The position numbers and the translations under genes were made by a program. The notes under the pieces were generated by a model that was not told the DNA's origin, ran no database searches, and was given only the letters and a program-made list of their open reading frames with translations. Below, in pieces: positions 12,554-22,718 of a stretch of 24,915 nucleotides of DNA (positions are counted from its first letter, which is position 1; each line of letters begins with the position of its first letter). Source of the stretch: Piromyces finnis finn. Lineage: Eukaryota > Fungi > Neocallimastigomycota. Where the stretch lies: NCBI GenBank assembly GCA_002104945.1, contig MCFH01000145.1, positions 1 through 24,915 on the forward strand, read 5' to 3'.

Positions 12554-15135
12554 TGTAATAATTATTATCTACAATTTAATAATAATTAGTATTATTAAAC
12601 TGAGAAGTTAAAATAAAATTTTATACTTATCTTAACAAGAGTTTATTATAAGGAAATATAATAAACAACACAAAACTTTAATGTTGTTTAATTTAAAATG
12701 TTTATTAATATTGTTTTTTTAATAAAGGTTATTTATTATAATAGTTCTTATAATAATAACTCTGGATTCTTTAGTGTAATTCCAGAGTTCTTTTATTTAT
12801 AATTTTTTAATAATTTAAAGTTTAATAAAGAATTTCTAATCTTAACAAATAATCTTTTTAGGAAAAGACTAGAAGAAAAACCTAAAAAGATATTCGATTG
12901 ATAACTAATATATCAATCATCGTAATATTAAGTAAAACCGAATAAAATTCAGAAAAACCTTAATATCCGATTGTCTTAATATTTAGTTATATCTTCTAGT
13001 TTTTTCTATAAGTTATTTCAAGATACGATACATTCACATAAAATACAAACGTAAAATAAAATACATGATGTTTCTTATAAAATGTAATACAAAAATTATT
13101 AATTAATAAAATAAATGAATGTTTACTATTATTTTAAATAAATTACTAAATTAAATAAATAATTAATTAATATAATAATAAATAAATTTTAAATTAAGTA
13201 AATGAATAATTAATATTAATATAAATAAATGTTTATAGTAATTTAAATGAATGTATGCTAATAATTTAAATAATTAGTTAATTTAATAATTAGAAAAATA
13301 ATTAATGTAAAGTGGGCTAGGATTGGTATGTAACTTGGTCAGAATGTTTTATATAATATAACTTAATTTACCAATAAAATATTAAACTTATTTATTATTA
13401 AATCTTTTCTTCAGAACTTATTAAAGAATTTAAATAATACTAATTTAAAAATTAAATAGGTTTTTATATTTAAAATAAAAATTTTAATATAATTTAATTA
13501 TGAAATTTATTTATTAATTATTTATTTATTAAGATAATATTTATTAAGTTATATTATAGTTAATAATTAATAATTAATAATCTTACAAAGAATTTCAAAA
13601 TTGATTTCAATTCTTTGTTTAAATACTTTTTTCTTACATATAATAAAATTACATTGATATTAATATTGATATTAATAATAAAGATAAAAATAAAATAATT
13701 TTAAATTAAAATATTAATAATTGATATTGATATTAATAATATGAATTCATATGATAGATCTTAAGATTAATCTTTTAAATTACTTTTAAAATAAAAGTAT
13801 TGTTTTAACCATTTTAAATTGTAAATATTTAATATTATAAATTGAGAATAACAATTACTTATACTAATTATATATTCTCATGATTAATTAATTAATAATT
13901 ATAATAATGATTTTTGATCCAAAGGCTTTTTTGGTTTGATTATAATTGAGGTTATTAATCAAAATTATTTGAAAAAGTATTAATTAATTTTTATAATTGA
14001 TTAGGTTTGTAATCAAGAATATTTATTATCTAACCTTATTTATTAATAATGGAGAATTTTTAAATTGAATTATTTATAGAAAGTTGGATGACTAGAATAA
14101 TGACTTTAATTATATAAATTAATGTTGATCATTTTAATATATATTATTATATATTTATTGGAACTAATTAATTCTTTAAATAGCTATATCTCAAGAACTA
14201 GTGGTTTAAATTAGCTGAAAATTTGTGAGAATATAGATCTCAACTAGTACTTTCTAATAAAATTTGTCGTTCCAGTTTTTATCCTGGTTGTTAAGGCGTT
14301 TCCTTAGCATACATAAGGCTTCTGGTTCGACCCCGCAGATGTCAGTGCCTGTGGATTTTCCCACTGGGTTTGCCATGGGTTGGGTTATGATATTCAGGTA
14401 AGTATAAATGAACTTTCTAATTTACTACTATGATAATAACACTGTCTAGCCGGCCTGAGAGGGTCTAGTGTACATGGTACATTCCAAATTAGAACTTAAT
14501 AAGTGGTGATTTAGGCTATGCCAAAAACACATAATATTCCTTAATCAATTTAAGTGTAAACATTAGGGGGCGGTTGACACGTGATCAAATTGACTATAAG
14601 AGGCTTAGCATTGTAGTTGTGAAATATCGTACAACGACATGCATCTAATGTACATGGATTAAGTGAGCGTCGAAGCTGAAGAAACAGTATGACAGACCAG
14701 GAGGATCACAACCACCTAGCAATAGGAATGAACCAACGTTTCTCTAAGAACCACCATTGGAGCTAACTCTGATCGATGGGAGAAAGGCACTTGGAAGTTA
14801 AAAAAAAAAAATTCTAATAAAATTAATTTGAAGTCTCTAGAAAATGAAAATAGGACGCGAGATTCAGAAGTTATCACTAGTTTCGTATAGTACATTTTCT
14901 TCTCAAGGGTTAATATATTGAAAATTAAATTTTTGTGATCCATAACCCTTTTCAATATTAAATTTTTCCAAGTGATCTTTTTAATTATTTTTAAAAGTGT
15001 TTTATAATTTTTGAAATATAAATTTGATTTTAAAATTGTTTATTTGAATATTTAATTTATTTTTTAATCGTCTTCTATACTTGACAATTAAATAAGAATT
15101 AATAATTATTTATTGAATAATTATTAATTCTTACA
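12554..15135. mobile_element. Nested non-coding TG..CA element (2582 bp; ~2.0 kb without its SINE), probably a large solo LTR or non-autonomous LTR element
   Basis: Starts TGTAATAATTA and ends TAATTCTTACA (10/11 terminal inverted match). Flanked by a perfect 5-bp TSD AATTA (12549-12553, 15136-15140). No credible ORF, and no second internal LTR copy was found. Confidence 0.85.
14265..14811 (+). mobile_element. tRNA-Ala(AGC)-derived SINE with poly(A) tail
   Basis: Perfect 13-bp TSD TTCTAATAAAATT (14252-14264, 14812-14824) and A12 tail (14800-14811). The head has an A-box-like TGGTTGTTAAGG (14285-14296), anticodon loop TTAGCAT (14304-14310) and B-box GGTTCGACCCC (14324-14334) at tRNA spacing. 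The body is non-coding and much more GC-rich than its surroundings. Confidence 0.85.
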
Positions 15136-15387
15136 AATTATACTTTGGGGTTCCTCAAGCTGGCTTCGCCGTCAGGTTGTTGGACGCTGACCTACTTGTC
15201 ATGTGTTCGACTCAGGGTTCTATATATTATTGATTAAATATAGCAATCGCTATATTTAATCCATAATATTTGTCTATTTTTATTTCTTTTTTTTTTATTT
15301 AAATAATTGAAATTACCAATCAATATGAATGGTGTTTATTCATAATTATTAAATAAGAATATTTATAAATAGTAAATATAAATAATT

Positions 15388-15425
15388 TATAAAATTCATG
15401 TAAATTTAGTCTTTAGAATTATTAT
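15388..15425 (+). promoter_or_regulatory. Putative LTR Pol II promoter: TATA box and predicted transcription start (U3/R boundary) at ~15415
   Basis: TATAAAA at 15388-15394 lies 27 bp upstream of the 11-mer complementary to the PBS. In self-priming elements that 11-mer is the transcript 5' end. This is inference. Confidence 0.5.
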
Positions 15426-15539
15426 TAAGTTTAATTTGTATTAATAATATTAAATAATCAAATTATTAATAAAATATATTATTAATACAAAAAATAGTTA
15501 ATTAGTATTGTGCTAACCTGAGTCTCTCGCGTTGTTACA

Positions 15540-15550
15540 ATACTAATTCT
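15540..15550 (+). promoter_or_regulatory. Self-priming (Tf1/sushi-type) primer-binding site
   Basis: ATACTAATTCT directly follows the 5' LTR. It is the exact reverse complement of AGAATTAGTAT in the 3' LTR (20414-20424); the 5' LTR copy (15415-15425) has one mismatch. There is no TGG-starting tRNA-type PBS. Confidence 0.8.
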
Positions 15551-15637
15551 CTAAGAAAAAAAAGACTTACCTTAACACAATAATAACTTAACCCTTTATA
15601 AATTAATAAAACCATTTTCTAATAAAACATTTTAAAT

Positions 15638-16456
15638 ATGTCTAATAACCCTTTCAACATTTTCACTACTGCCTCAGCTTCTTCCTCTCAACAAAGTCAA
15701 GTACCTCCTGTGGACCCTCTTATGCTGGACTATGTGCTACCGATAGGAAATCCAAGCAAATTCTCAGGAAAAAGGATGGATATTGAAGGATTTATTCAAC
15801 ATTGTGAATTAATCTTTCAATTAAGAAGCATTCTATTCTGCTAGGACGCCCATAAGACAGCTTTTATGTTTTCCTATATGGAAGGGGATGCCAAACTCTT
15901 CGTAGTTCACTTGATCCAAGAAAGAAATCCAGTTATGAACCGCTATCCTAGCTTTGTTGCCTTACTTAGAAGAGTATTTGGTAATCTTGATATTGTATTC
16001 AATGCCAACCAAATTATTATGGCATTGAAACAAGAACGTATAGGTGAAGTATCTCAATACATCAAATATTTTGAACAAGCCTCAATTTATCTTGGATGGA
16101 ATCAACCGGCCCTCGTCTCAAAATTTATCGATGGATTGCATGATGAAGTCAAAGCCGAGTTATTAATGCATGGTGAGGATATACCAACCCTTCTTGCTGC
16201 GTTTCATAGAACTATGATAATCGACTCTAGCCTTCATAAGAAACATAATATTTCCAGAAATTACCGTGGTGCTTCTCTTTATAATCCATTTGTGCGAAAG
16301 ATGAGAAATGAGGACCGTTCCACTCAATCTGATGTTAAAAGACGTGGTCCTTTATCTGCTGAAGAAAAACAAAAACGCAGTGATCAAGGTCTGTGTATGT
16401 ATTGTGATGCCAAGGATCATTTGGTTACTTCCTGTCATAAAGTTCCAAAAAACTAA
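15638..16456 (+). pseudogene. gag: Gag of Gypsy-1 with CCHC zinc knuckle; one in-frame TAG at 15842-15844
   Basis: ORFs 15638-15844 and 15866-16456 are in the same frame. Capsid-like motifs PSKFSGKR..FIQHCELIF and VSQYIKYF..WNQPALVSKFIDGL are present, plus CMYCDAKDHLVTSC. Confidence 0.9.
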
Positions 16457-16493
16457 CTTCTAGAGTAGATTCTGAGCCTAAATCTTACTCTAG
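16447..16493 (+). promoter_or_regulatory. -1 programmed ribosomal frameshift signal (gag to pol)
   Basis: Slippery A AAA AAC (16447-16453) is in the gag frame just before the TAA stop. A 6-nt spacer precedes a stem of CTAGAGTAGATT (16460-16471) / AATC-T-TACTCTAG (16481-16493) with one bulge. The -1 frame is open through to LVDSGA. Confidence 0.85.
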
Positions 16494-19400
16494 TACAAAC
16501 CCTTTTGAAGCTAAGCCTTCTACCAATAATACACACCATCCAAAATCTTATAATCCATTCATTCCCTTAGATAAATACCTTATTTTCCCGTTCATAATTA
16601 TTATTAATAATAACCCATACGATATCTCAATCTTGGTTGATTCAGGTGCTATTGAAAACACTATCTCCAAATTTTTTATTGAGAAATATAGTATTCCGGT
16701 ATCGGATTCAAAAATATCTGGAACCATTGACTGTGGTGTGAAAACTTCTAATATTTTGGGAATGACTAAACCTCTTAGGATTATATTTAAAGATGAATCA
16801 TTTTCTATTCAATTCATTATCACAGATGATAATTCTCTACCTCAAATTATTGGTACCCATTGGCTCAATTCAAATAGGGTAGTCGTAGATTTTGATTGTA
16901 AAAAATTGCATTTTAAAAAGATGTATCTAAATTTGAAACTAATAAAGCATATTTTAAAATAATTGCGAAAACCTTCAGTGTAATGACTCTTGTGTTTCAA
17001 AAAATAATTCGGATATTCATCTTCACTCAATCTCTTCGACTCCCTCTTCACCTTCTATTGATTCCTCCATCCCTGCTTCCTCTCCGGTAAGTAAACCTGA
17101 TTCAGCACTTCTCACCGTTCTCCAACGTCATATTCTCAAAAATTTGCAATTTATATCATTGTCCCTCTATAGATTCACTTCAAAAACACCCTCTATTCCG
17201 GATTTTTACATTGACTTTAAGGACGTCTTTTCTGAAAAACAGCAAACGAACTTCCCCCGTAAAGAACTTACGAATGTAAAATCGATTTAAAACCCGACTC
17301 TTCTCTCCCTTACGGCCCAATTTATTTTCTCACTGTGGAGGAAACAAAGATACTTAAGGATTATATTAAAAAAATTTAGAAAAGAACTTCATTCAGAAGT
17401 CTATCTCCCCAGCCGGTGCCCCTGTCTTATTCGTTCGAAAAAAAGATAATTCGTTTCGGATGTTCATTGACTATAGAAAATTCAACGATATCACTATTAG
17501 GAACTTCTATCCCCTTCCGCTAATCAATGATCTTCTTGAAAAAGTCAGTGGAGCTAAATTCTTCACTAAGCTCGACCTTCGTTCCTCATACAACCTTGTT
17601 CGTATTAAGGAAGGTGATGAATATAAAACGGCTTTCAACACTAGATTTGGTCATTTTGAGTATTTAGTCATGCCGTTTGGTCTTAAAAATGCCCCAGCTA
17701 CCTTCCAGCATTTCATCAACGATATTTTAAGTGATTTCCTCGACGACTTTGCCTTCGCTTACATTGATGATATTCTCATTTTTTCCAATACATTAGAGGA
17801 ACATCATAAGCATGTTCGCTTAATTCTCGAACGTCTTCTCAAGAATAACCTCTATGTTAAACTCGAAAAATGCGAATTCGATGTCCCTGAAATTGATTTT
17901 GTTGGTCACCATCTTTCTGGTTCTGGTATATCAATGGAAAAGAATAAAGTAGACGCCATTCTTAATTGGCCTCTTCCCCAAAATACAAAACATATCAAAC
18001 AATTCATGGGTCTCTGTAATTACTACAAGCGCTTTATAAAAAAATTTTTCAAAAATCGCAGCGCCCTTGACTCGATTATTAAAGAAAAATGTTCCTTTTA
18101 TTATGGACTCTTCTGCCGTCTCAACTTTCAATAATTTAAAAAATGCTTTTCTTTCCGCCAGTCTCCTTTGCCATGCAGATCCGAACAAACCTTTCATTAT
18201 TGAATCCGACTCCAGTAACTTCGCTATCGGTAGTGTCCTTCTTCAAGAATTTGATGGATCTCTTCACCCTGTTTCTTTCTTCTCGAGAGCTTTAACCAAC
18301 GCCGAATGTAATTACCCAATTTACGACAAGGAACTCCTTGCTATCAAAGAAGCCTTTTAAACCTGGAGGCACCATCTTGAAGGTGCCAATCATCAAATCA
18401 CTGTCTTCTCCGATCATCGTAATCTTCTTTTTGAGCGTAAACCAGATCATCTTTCCCAACGTCATATCCGCTGGAGTATCTTCTTCTCTCGTTTTGATTT
18501 TGTTATTAAATACAAACCAGGTTCGAAGAATAGAGCTGATTGCTTGTCTCGTAGACCTGATTATGAACATAAAGTTTCTAATTCAGTTCAATTCTTAACA
18601 CTTCTAATTTCACTAGCATTTCCTCCGTTATTTCTCTAAGTGATAGCTCTTTATTAGAAAAGATTCGTTCAGCCCTACCTTCAGATCCTTACTTCAATTC
18701 TACAAACAACTCCAGAAGACTTAATCTCACCAATTCTCCTTTCACTTTCAAGGATGGTATTCTTCTTTACAACTTTAAGATTTACATTCCCGAAGTCCTT
18801 CGTGTTGATATTCTTCAATCCCATCATAATTCTCCTTCTTCCGGACATTTCGGTATTAAGAAAACTCTCGAACTTATTAGTAGAAACTTTTGGTGGAAGA
18901 GCTTGAGGGGGGACGTACGCAGATTTGTAAATTCATGTGATACGTGTAATAGAAACAAAAACAGCAATCACAAACCATATGGATTTCTTCAACCACTCTC
19001 AATACCCGAAAACAATGGTCTTCAATATCTCTTGATTTCATTATAGATCTACCAAAATCGATCAATTATTCTGCTATCCTAACAGTGGTGGATAGATTAT
19101 CGAAGATGGGTCATTTCATTCCACTTAGAAAGCTTCCCTCAGATGAAGAAACTGCACAACTTATATTGGATAATGTATTCAGACTACATGGTATTCCAAA
19201 GGAAATTATATCAGATCGTGGTAGACAATTCAATTCAAAATTCTTCCAACATTTTTGTAAGCTACTGCACTGTGAATCCAAACTTTCAACTGCTTATCAC
19301 CAACAGACTGATGGGCAAACGGAAAGGCTTAATAGTATAATTGAACAGTATCTCAGGTGTTTCACTAACAGTAAACATTCTGACTGGAGTTCGTATATTT

Positions 19401-20092
19401 CACTCGCAGAATTTGCCTATAACAATGCTATTCAGGAATCCATTAAAATGTCACCTTTCAAGGCCAAGTTAAAGTATGATCCAGAATTCTTAATTGATCT
19501 TCCAATAACGTCCCTAGTTCCTGAAGCAGAAAAAGTTGTATGTGACATTGGTAAGACAATTGATAAACTAAAGGAAAATATAAAAGAAGCTCAAGAAAAG
19601 TTTAAAGAATATGCTGATAAGAAAAGACAAGAGCCTCCCAGTTTAAATGTAGGCGACAAAGTATGGTTGCTCTATCCCAAAGGAAAAACAAATGTGAAGA
19701 AATTAGATTCTAGGAAATCGGGACCATATGAAATTATTGAATGCTTGGAAAATCAAAATTTCAAGTTAAAATTATCCAAACGAGACCGAAGACACCCCAT
19801 TTTCTATATATATAATCTCTAGACCTATATTGAGAATACCTTTGAAAACCGAGATATTCAGAAGCCGCCTCCCATTTTAGTAAACGATGAACTAGAGTAT
19901 GAAGTAAACGAAATATCGGATTCTAGAATTAACAACGGAGTACTTCAGTATCCTGTTGATTGGAAAGGATATCCTGTTGAAGATCGTTCATGGGAAAACG
20001 CAGAAGACATACATGCCCCCGTATTACTGAAAGCTTTCCACAAAAAGTTTCCAGATAAACAACATTCAATGTCGTCTGGAATCCGACATTAG
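16447..20092 (+). pseudogene. pol: Pol of Gypsy-1: aspartic protease, reverse transcriptase, RNase H, integrase and chromodomain; multiple stops and frameshifts
   Basis: PR: LVDSGA (~16630). RT: [36 protein letters not shown]: ESDSSNFAIG, DKELLAI, SDHRNL, ADCLSR. IN: HNSPSSGHFG..CDTC, ISDRGRQF, QTDGQTERLN, GPYEI. Chromodomain: EYEVNEISDSR..YPVDWKGY..SWENAED (~19890-20040). At least four in-frame stops (17260, 18358, 19820, plus 15842 in gag) and at least five frameshifts. Confidence 0.95.
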
Positions 20093-20100
20093 AAGGAGGG
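20091..20100 (+). promoter_or_regulatory. Polypurine tract of Gypsy-1
   Basis: AGAAGGAGGG, 3 nt before the TG of the 3' LTR. Confidence 0.85.
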
Positions 20101-20103
20101 CAT

Positions 20104-20538
20104 TGTAACGTATAAAGGTTTTGTACCTTTTCCAAGAAATTATATTTCAGGGTTCCCTAAGCTGGCTTCGCAGTCAGGTTGTTGGACACTGACCTACTTG
20201 TCATGTTCGACTCCGGGTTCTCTATATTATGGATTAAATATTGTAATCGCTATATTTATTCCATAATATTTTTCTATTTCTATTTCTTTTTTTTTATTTA
20301 AATAATTGAAGTTATCAATCAATATGAATGATGTTTATTAATAATTATTAAATAAGAATATTTATAAATAGTAAATATAAATAATTTATAAAATTCATGT
20401 AAATTTAGTCTTTAGAATTAGTATTAAGATTAATTTGTATTAATAATATTAAATAATCAAATTATTTATAAAATGTACTATTAATACAAAAAATAGTAAA
20501 TTAAAATTGTGTTAACCCGAGTCTCTCACGTTATTACA
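20104..20538 (+). repeat. 3' LTR of Gypsy-1 (435 bp)
   Basis: TGTAACG...TTATTACA; aligns with the rejoined 5' LTR. Confidence 0.95.
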
Positions 20539-21695
20539 AGGATAATTAATGAAGAGCATACTTTAATATCAAGGTAATATTTAATCTTCAATTCTAAGTC
20601 TAACTGAAAGTTAAATACAGATATTATACTGGAGTGCAATATACCTAGTTATTTTTTTTTTTAAATTTTAAATTATTTTAAATACATTATTATAGTATTA
20701 ATTAAAATAAGAAAAAATTACTTTATATTTTAATAAGAAACATAATAAATAAATTGTGTTAATATACTTAGAACTAAAATTGGAGTTTTAATTATTCTAT
20801 TGTTGTTTTATGAAAAATTAGATAATATTCATCAAAGTGAATTTAAAAATCTTTTGGATTACATATCGAATTTCAAAGAATTAGTAAAATATTAAATAAT
20901 ATTATTAAAATTTATAATTTCTAAAATGATTGATTATATCCTTCATTAATAGAAAAATTAGGTTTTATAGAAATAAGTTAAATTAGTTTTATTTTTGTAA
21001 TAAAAAGCAAAGCATCCAATTTATATTAATATTTTTAGAATTAGTACTGATAGAAAACTCAAACATTATATTAATATATCAAGCAATGATTAAAAATTTG
21101 ATAAAAAGTGAAAGAAAGTGTTTTAATTATATTACTTTAATTAAATCTAAAGTAGTTTTTCGTATTATTAGAGAAAAATCCAGAAATTATTAAAATGAAA
21201 ACTCATTAAGTTTGAGATTTAAATGAAAAAAAATTTAATTTGTTTCGCATTTTTTATAAGTATAAATTATATCCCAGAAGTTAAGTTATTAGTTAATTCA
21301 TGATCTGAATTAAATTATATTAGAATTTAATTTGATAAAGATTAAAAAATTAATATAATTCTAAGGTTGATGAGTCTTTTTAAATTTCAATTATTATTAT
21401 TAAGGTTATAAAGGTTTGGTAAAAATAAGAAATCTAGAAAGAAAAATATTAATAAGAGAATTAAATATATCATTTCCAAAATAATTTATTAATGTAATAT
21501 TAAGAATATAAATATATCATGTATTGTTAAAATAATTCCATGAAGGAATAATGATAAATTAAATAAAATTAATAATATAATTATATATAAATTTTATATT
21601 TTTGCAATATTTACGAGTTAAAGATATCTTAAATAAAAATATAAAAAATAATATTTCTTCATAGATCTATAATTGAGAGGTCAAAGTTTTACACA

Positions 21696-21931
21696 TGTAA
21701 AGTCAGATACTAAACCGAATAGATTAGGATATCTAATCTATTACAAAACAATAATAAAACTAGGGGTTTGAATTGAGAATTTTAATATATTTTGTTTTAA
21801 ACTTTAATTATTAATAAATAAATTATGTCCAATTTTCATTTTCTGTAATATAATTCGTGTAACTTAAACAATAATATTTATGGCTTAAGTTACATTAAAG
21901 ATATCAGTCTGTGGCGTTTGATATCTTTACA
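21696..21931 (-). repeat. 3' LTR (236 bp) of a second, minus-strand chromovirus (Gypsy-2)
   Basis: TGTAAAG...CTTTACA (7-bp perfect terminal inverted repeat). On the minus strand it directly follows the purine run AAAGAGAGAAAT (21943-21932) downstream of the integrase-chromodomain. Homologous to both ends of 22168-23198. Confidence 0.8.
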
Positions 21932-22718
21932 ATTTCTCTCTTTAAGTCGAGCTCTTGCGAGATTAATTTATAAAGAATCCTTTCTCGAAGGAATCTCAAT
22001 TACAAATGGTTGGTATCTATGCTTAATTAGATTACCAACTTTATTCTTTCTAATTTTCATGGAGGAATCATTCGGCTTATGTTTTGACTTTTTAGAGTTT
22101 CTTTCGAACTTTTATATTAATTGTCTGGAATATGATCTTCAGAAATCCAGGTGTATTTGTCAAATCCTGTAATGTTAAACACTGGAAGAATAGATTAGGA
22201 TATCTATTTTATTACAATAACACTAAAATTTAAATAAGAAAAAAAAATTGTTTTTATAAAAATATCTTTTATTATAATAGAAATTTTATTAATAACAATT
22301 ACATCGATAAAATGTTGAAAAATATCTTCTATTTATATTTTTCCTAAATACATTTATATTATATTATAACTATTTATTTCTTATATATTATTATTTAAAA
22401 TCTACACTAAAATCTTAATTATTAATAAATATTTAAACTATAATTATTTTTAGTAAAATACAATTGGCAATTCAAATTAAGTACTATTTAATTTGAATAT
22501 GTGCCCATGTATTATTGATATATTAATCATTTATTATTTATATATTATTTATCTATTTCTATAAAAAAACAATACTAAAACTAGGGATTTACATTGAGAA
22601 TATTAATTTACTTGTTAAACATTAAAAATAAATTAATAATTTATTTTGTTTTAAACTTTAATTATTAATAAATAAATTATGTCTCATTTTCTTATTCTGT
22701 AATATAATTTGTGTAACT

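Larger units (their letters stand above)
12515..15539 (+). repeat. 5' LTR of Gypsy-1 (438 bp), split into 12515-12553 and 15141-15539 by a nested insertion
   Basis: Rejoined, it aligns end to end with 20104-20538. By manual count there are about 33 substitutions and 2 small indels (~92% identity). Confidence 0.95.
12515..20538 (+). mobile_element. Full-length, inactivated Ty3/Gypsy chromovirus LTR retrotransposon (~5.4 kb after removing the nested insert)
   Basis: TG..CA LTRs at both ends, then PBS, gag, PR-RT-RH-IN-chromodomain order and PPT. Flanks are AGGA (12511-12514) and AGGA (20539-20542): either a 4-bp TSD, or AGGAT with one T lost at the left junction. Confidence 0.95.

Noticed and set aside
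14275-14345. Functional tRNA-Ala gene
   Set aside because: The anticodon stem cannot pair (TTTCC versus ACATA), there is no acceptor stem, and it is the head of a TSD-flanked element.
14395-14403. Consensus splice donor CAG|GTAAGT in the SINE
   Set aside because: An isolated motif with no supporting exon or acceptor context.
14447-14464. TAGCCGGCCTGAGAGGGT resembles a conserved bacterial 16S rRNA segment (from memory)
   Set aside because: The similarity does not extend on either side and the motif lies inside the SINE body. Not called as rRNA.
14670-14790. CTGAAGA and CTGATCGA...GAAA as possible hammerhead ribozyme cores
   Set aside because: No stem II followed by GAAA, and no stems I/III, could be built.
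14716-22172. Short ORFs 14716-14955, 16842-17051, 17931-18197, 18292-18570, 18338-18598, 18877-19065, 19143-19340, 19929-20135 and 21918-22172
   Set aside because: Antisense or alternate-frame shadows of pol, or ORFs crossing element boundaries. ORFs 4871-5089 and 6764-6949 are rejected for similar reasons.
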